Shown here in pieces: positions 13,461-27,550 of a stretch of DNA of 64,000 nucleotides. The stretch lies in assembly GCF_009914755.1 (NCBI RefSeq), contig NC_060927.1. One strand, given 5' to 3'. The notes below the pieces were generated by a model. That model ran no database searches. It was not told where the DNA came from and saw only the letters and a program-made list of their open reading frames with translations. Position 1 is the stretch's first letter; each line of letters opens with the position of its first letter. Made by a program: the position numbers and the translations under genes. This DNA is from the human T2T-CHM13v2.0 reference genome, Homo sapiens.

Positions 13461-15327
13461 ATTGCTCCAGTCAGAGACCCTAAAGAAAACACATAATTGT
13501 CACAAATTTAAGCTATTTGAAGAGGATCTAAGTTTGTGAAAAGAAATCATAAGGAATGCAATGTCCGGGCTGGACTGGATAAGGAGTAATTAACAAAATC
13601 TGGATGAAAAGTGACTCTCTTTGAGAGGAGCAGCCAATCAGAGTTAATCCAGTAAGAAGGAACAAGGTGAATACAAATGCCTGACTTCAGGCTTCTTCCT
13701 TTCTCTGCTATTTTACCCTAGTTCCCCATTGTCCAAACCACCTGAAACCAGAGATCTAAGGAGCTGTTTTATTTCATACACACAGATTAGCTCCAGAAAG
13801 AAAGCAATGTGAAAAAGATGAAACACAGATTTGAAGGGTAAAATGGGAAATACTGTGCAGTCATTTAAAATTATATATTCATAAGTGATTTAGTGAATGG
13901 AAATATGTTTACTCTGAATATAGTAAAAAAAAAAAAAAAGTAAGATGTATTAAATAAATAATTACATACTCAATGAAATTCCCATTCTTCCCTCTCAAGC
14001 AATCTTGAAGACCAGACAGAAAACCAGGCTATGAATCAAAGAAAAAAATCAAAATCACACTTCATAACTGCTTCAGTAACCCTTGGCAACAGACAACACA
14101 CTGGATTTTGGCTAATAACACTAAAATTTTTGCTGGTGAGGTCTTCAGAAACCGGATAGATGTGAAACCACCAGAACAGAAGTGGAGTGGGCACGATATC
14201 TGTTTCTTCAATTTGTAGTTTCATAGTCAAAAACTGGCATGTATATACTTAATCGGTGACATGTAAGTCACATGCCTTTATCCCAAATCTAAGAGAAGTT
14301 GAGAACTTAATTTCTGGCTTCTACCTTGGGAAGGGTCAGACTCATAAGCTGGAAAATTAGCCAACATACACAGGATATTCAAAGCTTCCAGGCAGACAAA
14401 ATACTGTCAAGTGGTAAAACAGATATGAAAAAACCTTTTTTTCTCTCCTAAATTTAAAAAAATGTAATTTTCCTAAAACATTGTATGTGGCTTTCCATAA
14501 AATTAAAAGAGTCTTGGGAGAGAGAACATCTCATATGCTTCCTAGTGAATTACTTCCACAATAAAGCAATTAATGAAAATGAAAATACCGTGTATAACAT
14601 TTTTAAAGCAGCCTTTTCACTGATAAATATGTTTTAGGTATATATACAGCTATAAAAAGTTTTCCTCATAACAATTCCATTTTATCTCAGGTATAATCTG
14701 TCAGGAGAAATTATTTCTCATTCCTAAAAATGGAACAAAAAGTTTGAGCTAAAGAAACACATTTCTCATTCAACACGCACATCCACAGTAGTTTCTTCTC
14801 ATGCCGAAGTGAGAAAATCTACACTTCGGATTGTACAATTTTTATGAAAGTAATTAATAAATAAAAAATTTAAAAGAAAATTATATCTATATTGATAAAT
14901 AATATCTATCACCTTGGTACCTACTAACAAAATTTTCTACTTAATGGTGATGTTTCAAAATATGGTCCTGCTCTATTTATGATAATATTTGATCTGCCCT
15001 ATATAGGCTTTATATTACATTTAAATTATATGTGTACATTGCTTTCTTCATATTAAGACATGTCTATACAAATATTAGTAGCAAATATATTATTAATTTT
15101 TATTCCAATTTATGGTGGAGTCTTTGGCTTCTTCAAGTGGATCACTCCCCTAGCTGTCCAGAGCTCCACACCTGTTCTCCTGTGTTTTCCAGTGTCCGGT
15201 CATACAGAGTTTATCAGAGCCTAAGAATAGACTTGTGGTATAGAACGGCATTTCTCTTGCCAGTGAGAGGGTTCCTGAATGCTGATGAAGCAAAATTTTC
15301 ACCAGATCTTTTGAGTAAAATTGATAG

Positions 15328-15729
15328 TGTTAAATCAAGTTTAGCCAAAAGCTGCCTCCTTGCCTATTTTAAGTTCATCCTAAAGGTTTTTCCATACATC
15401 ATGTACTATAACCTAAATGGAGTTATAAACAGACTATAGTTTACTCTTGTGCCAATCCCTGAGAAAACTTTGATTGGCCAATCAAAGGTGGCCAACTGTT
15501 CAAACCATGTTCAAATAAGGCAAACACTGAGCGTCACCAGTCCGGCTGCTTCTGTACCTCACTTCCGTTTTCCATATGTCACTTTCTTTTTTTTCCTGTC
15601 CATAAATCTTCTACCAGGTGGCTGCACTGGAGTCTCTGAGCCCATTCTGGCTCAGGGAGACTGCCTGATTCACTCTTTGCTCAATTAAACTCTTTTAAAT
15701 TTAATTTGGCTAAAGTTTTTCTTTTAACA
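15328..15729 (+). mobile_element. MER57-family ERV1 solo LTR
   Basis: TG...CA termini (tgttaaatcaagtttagcc...cttttaaca), CCAAT boxes, attaaa polyA-like signal. No matching TSD seen (atag vs acct). Confidence 0.78.
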
Positions 15730-15949
15730 ACCTATACCCTGGAAACAAGGGACAGGAGGTGCTTGTGCAGTGAAAACTGGGTGTTCTTCAGTATGATTTA
15801 GCACTCCCATGACAGTTGCACACTTAAAACATTTCCTTTTTTCACTCTGTCACATTTCCTACTCAGCTCTTTTAGGGTGCTAGACTTACTCCCTTCTTTA
15901 GGAACTGGCTTACCAAGCAGTATCCACTTTTTTTTTTCTTTTGGTAACA

Positions 15950-16080
15950 AAATGCTTCCAGTTTTACTTGGGTACATTGCTGCCCACTGAAGACTACATT
16001 TTCCAGCCTCCCTTGCAGTTAGACGTGTCCATGTGACCAAATTTGGGCCAATGGAATGTGCATAGGAGACAGGTGTGCAG
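15950..16080. mobile_element. Old ERVL LTR fragment (LTR16/LTR33-like)
   Basis: cattttccagcctcccttgcagttag...catgtgaccaaatttgggccaatggaatgtg motif. Confidence 0.55.
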
Positions 16081-16384
16081 CTGAAGCGCTTTCCTTCTTT
16101 TGTTCTTTCAAAATAAACCTTGATATCTCTCTAAATGGCACACCAAAATCATCAGTAATTCCAAAATTAATTTTTATTTATTTGCAGGAAAGGAGAGCCC
16201 AATCTTCAAATCGTGTTAGAAATTAAGAGGAAATATTTGTAGCTATTCTTCTAGCATATCAAAGAAAGGAAAGTAAAATGCCAGACAGTAGATTTCCACA
16301 TTCAATTTTGCAATCCAGTGATTTTCTAATACCTATGAGTCCTGCATACATGATTTGGAAAGCATATATTACTTAAGAAATTTA

Positions 16385-16858
<474 letters not shown>

Positions 16859-17939
16859 TCATTGGGCAGCTTACCCAAACTGAAAGGGCCAACCAGAGGC
16901 AGTGCTAGAATTAAACCCAGCTTTGTTGCTTTTAATAACTATGTCTTCGGCTTATCCACATGTTTATTTTCTTGAACAGCAGGCTTGTAATATTTGACCT
17001 TCTGTATAAATACAACTGGGTTATTATAGCAATTGATACTTTTCTGGATTTTATCATAGCCAGTAAATAAATTAACAGACTTAGAAGGCTCCAGTTTAAA
17101 AATCACCCAGCCATTCAGCACTCTGGATCATTGGCCTTTCTTTTTAAAACTATCCTCTCTTTGATAAAACCACAACACTCATTCCCAAAGTCTATTTTAA
17201 TTAATATGATCCTCAACATTCATAACCGTACTTCTTTCTCTTTTGCTTTTTTTCATTCTGTCAGCAGAATATGTATTTGTTGGAAAATCTTCTTTTCCTT
17301 TATCTACACTACACACTACATGTTTCTCCTCCTTGTCACTTTCATTTGTCTATAGGAAAACTGAATACAGTGTCTTTTAATCTCCTTTTAAGAAACCTGT
17401 CAGTAATGATAGCACAAAGCCATCCTGTGGGTCATGTGTTTATGGATGCTTTTTGTTTTGTAGTTTAAGACTACTGACTGATGTTTGAATATTCAGTGCA
17501 CTGACTCTTACATTCAGAGAAATCTTATCTGTAGTAAGCAGACCTAGGATGCAGCTTGTTTGCCTTTCACTCTGTAGCTTCAGCAACAGCAAACATCATT
17601 TTGCCAATTTTGTTCCTTTCTTTTCACTGCAATCATCTTCTTTCTTTGTCCTAGACCATTAGTTTTGCGGTACTCATGAGCCTCTCTCAACTCCCTTGAG
17701 AGTGTCATGGCATCCTCTAAAGGTAACTTGTGGGACATGCAAATCTCTCTGCCTTGACATCTTTCACTCCTACAGGTAGGGTTTGATGCTTTACCTTTCC
17801 ACTATCTTGTGGCGTATCTCTTTCCTCAACACCACCACCCCCCAACCCCCGCACCCCACTACTGGCTTCAACTCCAAAACTTAGAGCATGGTTGGGTGTC
17901 CATCACCTTCTCTTTTTGCAGGAACTATCAAATACATAG

Positions 17940-18620
17940 ATAAGTGTATAATGTGTACAACTAATGCCCACATTTCATCACTAACATAAAAATGAAATGA
18001 AAATGCTGTAAATAAAATTAAGATCTCTTTGACTACTCCCTAAGTCTCATCACTTACACTCCTGCCCAGAGGCAATGTCTGTCAAGGGCTAACTTAATAT
18101 AATTTCATCCTAATTTTCATGTTTTTCAAACATACATGCATTTGTATAAACAATAAATATTGTTATTATTGGTGAGGTTTCTATTTACAGAAATGATTGC
18201 ATAGGGTAATTATAAACTTGCAATTTGCTGTTTTACAGTTATCATTATGTTTTTAAGATCTATCTGCTTACAAATGTTAACTGTTTTATGAATCATTCCA
18301 TCATGTGATTATACCTAATTTTGTTTAGTCATTTCCCTATTGGTGTTCATTCATGCCATTTCTAATTTCTACTGTTACCCAAATGAGCACACTTATGTGT
18401 GTCTCCTTGTGAACTTGTGTTTTACTAGAGTATATACCTAAAAGTAAGATTAATGGGTTACAGGATCTGTGAATTTTAGTTTTACAAGATATGCCAAATA
18501 TCTTCCCAAACAGGACCTATCAACCTTAATTTTTACCAGTAGTATATAAAAATATTTATTTTCCAAAATGCCCCCAATATTGAATGTACATAGACTTCTA
18601 AAAATAATATCTGAATTCAA
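17940..18620 (-). mobile_element. Old L1M (ME-like) 3' fragment
   Basis: T-rich sequence with L1M-type motifs (agagtatatacctaaaagt...atgggtta); boundaries approximate. Confidence 0.5.
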
Positions 18621-18667
18621 CAATCTTAACTTGAATCATCCTTGTTATTTCCTGTTAAGAATAGAGA

Positions 18668-18976
18668 GGCCAGGCAGGGTGGCTTATGCCTGTAATCCCA
18701 GCACTTTGGGAGGATAAGACAGGTGGATCACCTGAGGTCAGGAGTTAGAGACCAGCCTGGCCAACATGGTGAAACCTCATCTCTACTAAAAACACATAAA
18801 TTAGCTGGGCATGGTGGCAGGTGCCTGTAGTCCCAGCTACTTGGGAGGCTGAGGCAGGAGAAGTGCTGGAACCCAGGAGACAAAGTTGCAGTGAGCCAAG
18901 ATCGCAACACTGCACTCCAGCCTGGGTGACAGAGTGAGACTCTGTCCCCCCCCCAAAAAAAATAAATAAAAAATAA
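18668..18976 (+). mobile_element. AluS (Sx/Sz-like)
   Basis: Full dimer with ggatcacctgaggtcagg; TSD aagaataga on both sides. Confidence 0.9.
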
Positions 18977-20344
18977 AGAATAGAAATACTTCCAATTACT
19001 TTGAAAGTACTGTAAATAAACGAATACATGAAATGGTACACATAACTTTAATCTGTTAAATCCTGAAATACATCAATTTTTCTTTAAATGTAACAAAGCC
19101 TAATTAATGAATTCAGTCCTCCATTCTTGTTTATTACATTTCTTACAAGTTCTAGATACTGTGCCAGGTTCTGGGGATAAAATATTGCACAGTGGAATTG
19201 TTCCCTGGAGAAACTTACAATGTAGTGGGAGAAACAGATACCTAAACACCTAGTTACAATAAAGTCAAATAAGTGCTATCATAAAAGGAAGTTGCAGGTG
19301 ATATATGAGAACACAGGAGAATGCCTAGGATTCCTAAAGGGAAGAGAAGGTAGGAATTAGTCAGGTTAGGTATGGGGTCAAGGGAAGTGAATTTATGAAA
19401 GATTTGAGAAAGGATTATCCATGCAGAAGAATGACATGTGCAGAGAACTGGAGGCTAAAGAGATGAGCAGATTCTCAATTCTATCAAAGAATTCAGCAGC
19501 ATACCTGGGAAAAGAGTAGATATAGTCTGATGTTGGTACATGAAGAGATTTTAATACCGTATACTTAAATAGTTTGGATTTTGTTTGTTTCCTTCTAAGG
19601 AAGATGAGGAACCATCAAAACACTTTAAAATAAGATGGCGATGACTACATCATCAAAACTGAGCATTAGGAATAAGACTCAGAAAAGCACATAGGAGAAA
19701 TACCAGCAGGAGCAGAGAAGAGACAGATGGATCAATGAAGGAAAGAGACAACAGTGACAAAAACTAGTAGAGATGGAAAACGGGCTGTAGAAAGAGATTT
19801 AAAGGAAGTAAAATCAACTGAACTTTGTTCACTCAATACATATTGAACATTTACTATGTGTCAGGCAAAGTTCTGGGTATTTGAGATTCATCAGTGAAAA
19901 AAATGCACAAAACAAACCCAAAAAACAACAAAAAATCTGCCTTTTGGAGCTTATGTTCTTAAAGTTGTGTTTGTCTAACCCACTGATTTCATGAAGGAGG
20001 GCTGTGATGCAGAGATGAATTATGGGCACACAGTAGGTAGTAAGAATGTGGAAGATCTGGATCTTCAAGAGTTGGAGCTTCCTCCACAGGACACTTGATG
20101 AAAGCTAGCATTGTTCAAAGGGAACCAACAAATGTACTTTGAGCAGCAGACATATTTGCTAATCAAATAAACTTGATATAATGAATTTGAGGGGGAAAAA
20201 AAGCATTTGAAGTTATATTTAATGTTTTGCTGGGTATATCTCAGTTTCTAGTGTGTTAGTTACCTAAGATGTGACTCCTAGGCCTGAGAATCTATATTGT
20301 GAATTGAAAGAAGATGCACAGTTTCTAGATACAACTAGATGATA

Positions 20345-20597
20345 GCAGGCTGACTTTTCTAGCAGATACACGAGGCATAGTACTTAAGGCCCACGATACT
20401 GTTAAGGGCCTAAAAAAGTGTTTTATTTTTAATCAGAGAAAATAAATGAACTTTTAGGTCAAAGAAAATAATACGTAATATTAATATATTCACCTTTAAG
20501 ACAATGTATTCATAAAATATAACTTTAAATCTTTTTTGGAGGAAGGTGACCAGGAGGATAAAAGTACCTGTGCCCATCAAAGTCATAACATGGCTCT
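20345..20597 (-). mobile_element. MER96B-like hAT MITE
   Basis: ggcccacgatact...aaatgaacttttaggtcaaagaaaat...aaagtcataa motifs. Confidence 0.55.
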
Positions 20598-22699
20598 CTA
20601 TAAAAGGGAAAGAGGGAATTCTGTTTTATGTTAATATGTTAAAAACAACCCAGCAACCTCATTTTATTATTGCCTTGATGGTACTCCTTACTTTTCAGCC
20701 TTCTTAGGAACTACCTGTTGGAGATTTTAAATATATCCAGATTATATTGTATCTGTTATTGTTTGGTCCTCACAAGCTCAACTTCTTGAGCTATCTTGGA
20801 TGTTATAAGATAACACAGTAAAAGATACTTCAAGTTCCATGATTGAACCAATGGATTTAGAATCACAAAAATGTAACTTATTCCAAACTTCACACATCTC
20901 CTCATGTGACTTGATCGAATAAGACACTCAACCCTAGGTCTTTTATTTTAAAAAGGTGCCTTATTTACTACATCCATTGGGAAATAAGGAAGTGACATAA
21001 TGATTCACCTCTGTGAAGTTGTTATCCACTTGTATTCCTAGGCCGGGCAATCTTTCTCTCTTGGGACGGGTGAAAGGTCAAGTCCATCTTGAAACACGTA
21101 ACACTGTGACTTCACTTTGTTTGAGTCTTCACAAGCTCTCAAGAGCCAAAGTGGCTTTTCCAAATAGCATGCATGTTTTCCTCCATTTATAGCTGTGCCT
21201 TATAGTGTTTCTCTTACTCCTATCAAGAGAAACAAGAGCCTGCTCCTCAATGGACCATCTATCTCCTCAATGGTGGGGATCAGAAGCAAGATTGCCATTG
21301 GCTTATTTCCTCCTGAGATCCATTCAAGAGAAGCAGAATAAGTCATTATTAGTTCCACTACCTTATATATTACATAAGAAACTAAGATATTATTATCAGG
21401 TTCTAATAACCAAGATAAGATTGCTACTTTTTTTTTGTCATAGATTTTGCTAATCACAAATAGTCTAACACATTTTTCCTTACCCCCACGCCCATTATTC
21501 AATAATTGCAAACTGAGTTCTCAATGATTGCAAATCAAATGTCAGAAACTTTTCGAAATGCTAGGGAGCATCCCAACGTTTGTCCCTAAAGGATTTCAGT
21601 TTATAAAATACATTGCCAGCTATTGGGTCAACATGTTGGTGATTTTTAACTCTCAAAACGTAAGCTTGAGAATTTAATGACAAAAATCTTTCACAAAAGC
21701 ACTGTGGTCTGGGTATAGAAAATAGCTAGAATGAGATGAGAAAACAAAATTAGAGCGTAAAAGTAGTGGATCTGGGGCACCACTTAGAGGCATGGTGCTT
21801 GGTAATGCATTTTTCTGTGCTTTTCCTAGTGTGCCTCTTCCTAATGAGACATTGTGGTAACCAGGGTCCCAAGTCTAGGAAAGGTTAAACTGTTTATCTT
21901 CATTATCTCAAGTCCTGGGGAACTTAATGGCCCTCAAGGCACATGCTGAATGGTTTCTGTCCTATATAATCGAGTATGCTATATTTCCAACCAAGATAAA
22001 AACCTCAGGATATATTTTTAAAATATTTCTATGAATGTACATGATATTTTCAGAGGGTTGATTAAGCTCGGGGCTGTCATTCTTTGAAAATATAACATCA
22101 TTTCTGATAAACACTCAGTTTGTCTGATCCAAAATGGAAAAATTTATTTTAAATTGAGCAGAGAATTATACAATCATGTTATAGAAGCTGAGAACAATTT
22201 CATTATTTTTATCTTACTAATGATCATGAGCTATCTCTCTTTTGAATGAGGAAAATGATGAGATTGAGGTATGATCAATCCCGAATACAATTGGAAGGTT
22301 TTTTTTTTTCTTATAGTAATGGTGAGTTTGTGAAAATCTACTCCTCAGTATTTGACTGTTTCTTTCTGTGCACAGTTGTTACATATGTCAGATTGCTAGC
22401 TCTGATGAAGACACTATCTTAGACACGGAGAAAGTTAAATGAAATTCAGCCTGAAACCCCTTCATAGCAGGTCTCAGGGAGAGATGTTTGCCACATTCTA
22501 AAATCCAGAAAGGAATTCCATTATTCCTGAGCATCTTTACAGCTGGGCAAAGAAGATAAGTTGACTGGTACTGCCAGTAAGTGTATGGATTTTGAGATGA
22601 TTGTTATGTTCAGGGATTTCAGGCTGAATAAAATTAATCCAAGTTGTTGCTAATAAATGTTGTATGAAAATCCTCAAACAATGGAGATATCTGCTTTTA

Positions 22700-23230
22700 T
22701 ATCTATTCATCCATCCATCTATCTATCCACTCATCCATTCATCATTAATGGAGCATATATTTATTGAGTCTTCATTATGGTGCCTACTATAATAACAATT
22801 AGGCACTGTTCTAAGTATTAAGAATATAACAGGACATAAGCATAGTGCTCTTGACTTCCTGAAATTTAAAGATTGGGGGGATGGGAGGTGACAGGGACCA
22901 AGTAGTAAATAAGCAGCTATGATACATTTTGAAATGCAGAGAGATAAGAGTACACAAAGGTCCTATGAGAGCCCCTGAAGGGGCAGGAAACTCAGATCTA
23001 AGAGGGTGATTAGGCAACTTCCTGAAGGAAGTGGCATCTAAGCTGAGATCTGAAGCAGAAGGAAGGATAAAGAATATCAGATGAAATAGCAAAAACAAAG
23101 ACCAGGACACTCACATATATACTTTTGAAGGACCTGAAAGAAGTTAGGAAAAACTGGATTATGGTGTGCAAGTTCAGGGGTCTTGGAAAAGTAGGCATGA
23201 TAAGGTGCACCAGGGTGCAGTCTGTGGAAG
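22700..23230 (-). mobile_element. L2 fragment
   Basis: (catc/attc)n tail, atttattgag, and cttcctgaaggaagtggcatctaagctgag motifs. Confidence 0.6.
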
Positions 23231-23629
23231 TGTCTTACTGATTAGGGAGTGGTGGTGATTACAATGGGTACTCTGATTTAGTTTTTGGAATCACATTATT
23301 TTAAATTCATTTTTAAAAGTACATTTTCATTGTCTATTTATCAATGTGTTAAATTTATGTAATCTTTTTTATGAAAAAGGATTTCAGGTGGTTTCTAAAA
23401 GTACATAAAGTATGATGCAACTGCATGAATTCAAGGGGGTACAAGGATATGCACAAAGGAATACCACAATCAGGATACAATAAATCCTCCTACAAAGGCA
23501 GATTATACTGTCCTACAAGCTTCATCTGAATAACACTAACCCTTGGAGGAAGGGTATTTTGGATTCTTACAATGTGTGAGGCAGGGTTATAGCTGCTTTA
23601 CATCTATATCTCATTTAATCCTCAAAGAC

Positions 23630-23785
23630 CCTGCCACTCGAAGTGCAGTCCCCAGACCAACAGCATCAGCATTACCTGGGATTTGTGAGAAATGCAGAAA
23701 CTCTGGCCTTATCTCAAATCTGTTGAATCAGAATCTACATTTTAACAAGGCCCTGGGTGATTCCTGAGCACATAAAATTTGCCAA
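23630..23785. mobile_element. MER5A DNA transposon inside a MIR
   Basis: cagcatcagcattacctggga...gaaatgcaga...gaatcagaatct...ttttaacaag motif; MIR halves on both sides. Confidence 0.7.
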
Positions 23786-23934
23786 GAAGTGGACAAAGAG
23801 CATTTACCATTAATATGTTTTTCAATTTACAGGTGAGGAAACCAGGGTTCTAAGAGAATAAGTAACCTGCCAAAAACTAAACACTTAGTGAGTGCAGGGG
23901 AAGATTTTGAGTTTACACTTTCTGACTCAAGGCA

Positions 23935-24240
23935 CTTTTTTTTCAGGGGTGGGGACGGTGGGGCAGTCTTATCCTGTTGTCGATGCTAGAGTGCAGTGGC
24001 ATGATCCCGGCTAACTGCAGCCTCAACCTCTTGGACTTAGGTGATCCTCCCACCTCAGCATCCGAAGTAGCTGGAACCACAGCCACGTGCCACCACACGC
24101 TGCTAATCTTGTTTATTTTTTTAGAGAGGAGATTTCACCATATTGCCCAGGCTAGTCTCAAACTCCTGGGCTCAAGCGATCCTTCCACCTCAGCCTCCCA
24201 AAGTGCTGGGATTACAATTGTGATGCATTATGCCAGCCTG
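23935..24240 (-). mobile_element. AluJ
   Basis: Alu reverse complement with J-type features (ctcctgggctcaagcgatcc). Confidence 0.85.
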
Positions 24241-24298
24241 CAGGCCCTTCTTGGTTTCTAAGTGGCATAGCTTCCCCCTGTGTTTGTAAGCTTTATGG

Positions 24299-24496
24299 TA
24301 AGCTTGCCCAACCTGTGGCCCACGACTTTGAATGTGGCCCAACATAAGTTTGTAAACATTCCTAAAACATTATGAGATTTTTAGGTGATTTTTTTAAGCT
24401 CATCAGCTATCGCTAGTGATAGTGTATTTTATGTGTGGCCCAAGACAATTCTTTATCCAGTGTGGCCCAGGGAAGCCAAAATAGTAGATATTTCTG
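24299..24496. mobile_element. MER30 hAT MITE
   Basis: ctcatcagctatcg...tgtgtggcccaagacaattc...cccagggaagccaaaa; 8-bp TSD ctttatgg (24291-24298) / ctttacgg (24497-24504). Confidence 0.8.
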
Positions 24497-24977
24497 CTTT
24501 ACGGTGACCAGCCAAATAGGGAATATGGGCTTTTATGCAAAACGCATTGTCCTAATGATTTTTTATTTTTTAAGAGACTAGTTGCTCAAAAGAACAGCAG
24601 GGCAACTACCATCAACATTATCAGGAAGGAACTCTTCCCAGGGATTTATATAAGCAAGACTTTACATGATGCAATGAATGGTAAGTCAAGCAAAATCTTT
24701 CCACAAATGCTAGCTGATCAATCAAAACAATGTGATTTGATGGAAAATGACTTGGTTGGCAGTGATTAGCTAGAACATTTAGCTATCTCAGAAAGGCTGA
24801 AGCAAAAGTTGATTGGACAGCAGCAATGATGTAGGAGCTGTTTCAGTTAGGAAGACAAGCTAATGACATCCAAGTCCCCTTCTGCCTCTCCTATGTTGAG
24901 TCCTGCTCGATGGCTCCTCCCAACATAAAAAATTACAAATTTTTGTAAGCATTCACAAACCTAAATGTTTACAGGGA

Positions 24978-25328
24978 TGTAATGGACTGAATTGTGACCC
25001 ACCAATGTTTATTATGTTGAAAGTTTAACCGCAATATGACTATATTTGGGGATAGGACCATTAAAGAGGTAATTAAGATTAAATGAGGTCATAAGAGTGG
25101 GACCCTAATCCAATAGGACTGGTGTCCTTATAAGAAGAAGAGACACCAGGAAGGCACATGCACAGAGAAAAGACCATACAAGGACACAGCTTGAAGGCAG
25201 CAAACCAAGGAGAGGCCTCAGGAGAAAGCAGCCTGCTGACACCTAGATATGGGACTTCCAGCCTCCAGGACTATGAGAGAATACCAGTCTGTGGCATTTT
25301 GTTATGGCAGCCTTGGTTAACTAATAAT
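24978..25328 (+). mobile_element. MLT1A/B MaLR solo LTR
   Basis: tgtaatggactgaattgtg...ccctaatccaataggactggtgtccttataagaaga...gttatggcagcc. Confidence 0.75.
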
Positions 25329-25481
25329 AATGGGCTAAGCAAGTAATCTAAATAAAGGAAACCATGAGGTTAAATGTAAATGCATGCATTTGAGAAGTAA
25401 TAGAGACTGCATTTAGGCCATTGTTGACACAGAATTGCAGGAACAGTATTGTCAAGCTCTCTAATCTTTAAAGAAAATAAA

Positions 25482-25510
25482 GTGTGTGTATGTGTATGTG
25501 TGTGTGTGTG
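25482..25510. repeat. (TG)n microsatellite, imperfect
   Basis: Seen directly in the sequence. Confidence 0.9.
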
Positions 25511-26950
25511 CGCACGCACGTGGAGGTGGGGGGTAGTTCATGTAAAATCTTTTTTTTTCCAAAATAATATTTTGTTGGTTTATTTTAAAAGTCATAAACT
25601 ATTGAATGATCTAAGCAAACATATCTGGGGTTTGGATCTACCCCTATGTGGTCATCAATTTGTAAACTCTTTGCCAGTGCTGTTGACAATTCATCATAGT
25701 AGAAGCAGTGAAAGACCATTTAGCCATGTAATCATCTTGCCTTCATATCACATCATCCATGTGATGCAAGTATTAGAATTTTTGCTCAAGTAAATTCTTA
25801 GATACTATACTTAAGAGAAATGGTGCCTTAAAATATGCAAGATATAACTGTCAAGGCTTGACACCACATGTATATTGACGGAAGCCAGAATAGCTATTGC
25901 TAAAAATGCATTTCATTGACTATGCCCTCTGCAAATGTGCCATGATGACAATCAATCAGGATAAATCACACAGCTATTCAACTAATTCATCCATAAAGAA
26001 AACTGGTAATTAGAGTGTTGAAGTCAGTGAGGCCAAAATCAGATGCCCATAGCATCTGCATTTGTAGGATATGAAGCTTTAATGGTGGTCTCTCAGAAAT
26101 TTTAAAAACAGCCTTATTGGCATTATCCACTGCTATCTACATGGACAGCCTTCTCCATGATTTTCAAGGTCATATGAGTGGTTAAGTATTCACTTCCTTA
26201 TGCATTTATAAATTGTAGGGGCTTTCCAGAGAAAGTTCTAAATGACTTATTTATTGTTGCTTGCAGTTCTGAAAACTCTAAATTAGAAATGTCAACTCCT
26301 TTGTTGGACAATAGTTTCATATTGGTGCTGGTCAGTGGGATTTCCCAACTTGAATCTCTTACTTGATTACTTTTTATTAATCTGTTTTTTAAACTACTTT
26401 TTTTTACTTGGTTATAGGATTTACTTCATGTCCTATCTCTGGTAATAGTCTTTAGCTTTTGCCCAGCCATGGTTCTCACTATCCCTTTCCTAGAATTTTG
26501 CAGTAAGGACTAATGGACTTACAGCTTTCCAATCTCATCTGACTCTAAAACCCATTATTACTATGTCTTTCTAAGGCAAAATTATATCACAGATTTTGGA
26601 TTGATATAGTGGTATTCATGAGCCTTCACAATCACCTCTGCTTACCATTCTCTTACTAGGCTCCTTTTCTTTTACCTTCTGCTACAATGAACTCATCACT
26701 CACAGAAATACAGGCTTTTCTACACCAATACAGGTGCCCATGCTGTCACCTGTTAATTTGGGAAATATCTTGGTAAATGCTTTACTTGGTGACATATGCA
26801 GAATTCTAAACTTTATGGCTTTTTGTTTCTTGCTTAAAATATTTCTACTGTTCTGTTCTCTCTTCTAAGTATTTCTGCATATGTTATACTTTGAAATTGC
26901 TCCATAATTTTAGATGTTCTTGGTTTATTTATTTATTTTTACTTTACATA

Positions 26951-27550
26951 TATTTTTTGAGACAGAGTCTCATTCTGTCACCCAGGCTGGAGTACAGTGA
27001 TGCAATCTCGACTCACTGCAACCTTCGCCTCATGGGTGCAAGCCATTCTTCTGCCTCAGCCTCCCAAGTAGCTGGGATTACAGGTGAATGCGACTACACC
27101 CGTCTAATTTTTTTTTCTTTTTCTTTTTTTTTTTTTTTGAGACAGAGTCGCTCGATGTCACCCAGGCTGGAGTCCAATGGCGTGATCTCGGTTCACTGCA
27201 ACCCCCGGGGTTGAAGTGATTCTCCCTGCCTCAGCTTCCCGAGTAGCTGGGATTACAGGTGCCCACCACCACGCCCAGCTAAGTTTTATATTTTTAGTAG
27301 AGACAGGGTTTCACCACGTTGGCCAGGCTGGTATCAAACTCTTGACCTCAGATGATCCACCTGCCTCAGCCTCCCAAAGTGCTGAGATTACAGGCGTGAG
27401 CCACTGCACCTGGCCAGTTTTTGTATTTTTAGTAGGAACAGGGTTTCACCGTGTTGGCCAGGCTGGTCTTGAACTCCTGACCTCAAGTGATCTGCCCACC
27501 TTGGCCTCCCAAAGTTTTGGGATTACAGGCGTCAGCCACTGCACCGGGCC
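26951..27550 (-). mobile_element. AluS (26951-27110 plus 27416-27550) interrupted in its A-rich linker by a second full AluS (27111-27415)
   Basis: Arm order right, right, left, left; short repeat aattttt/agttttt at the inner junctions. Confidence 0.88.
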
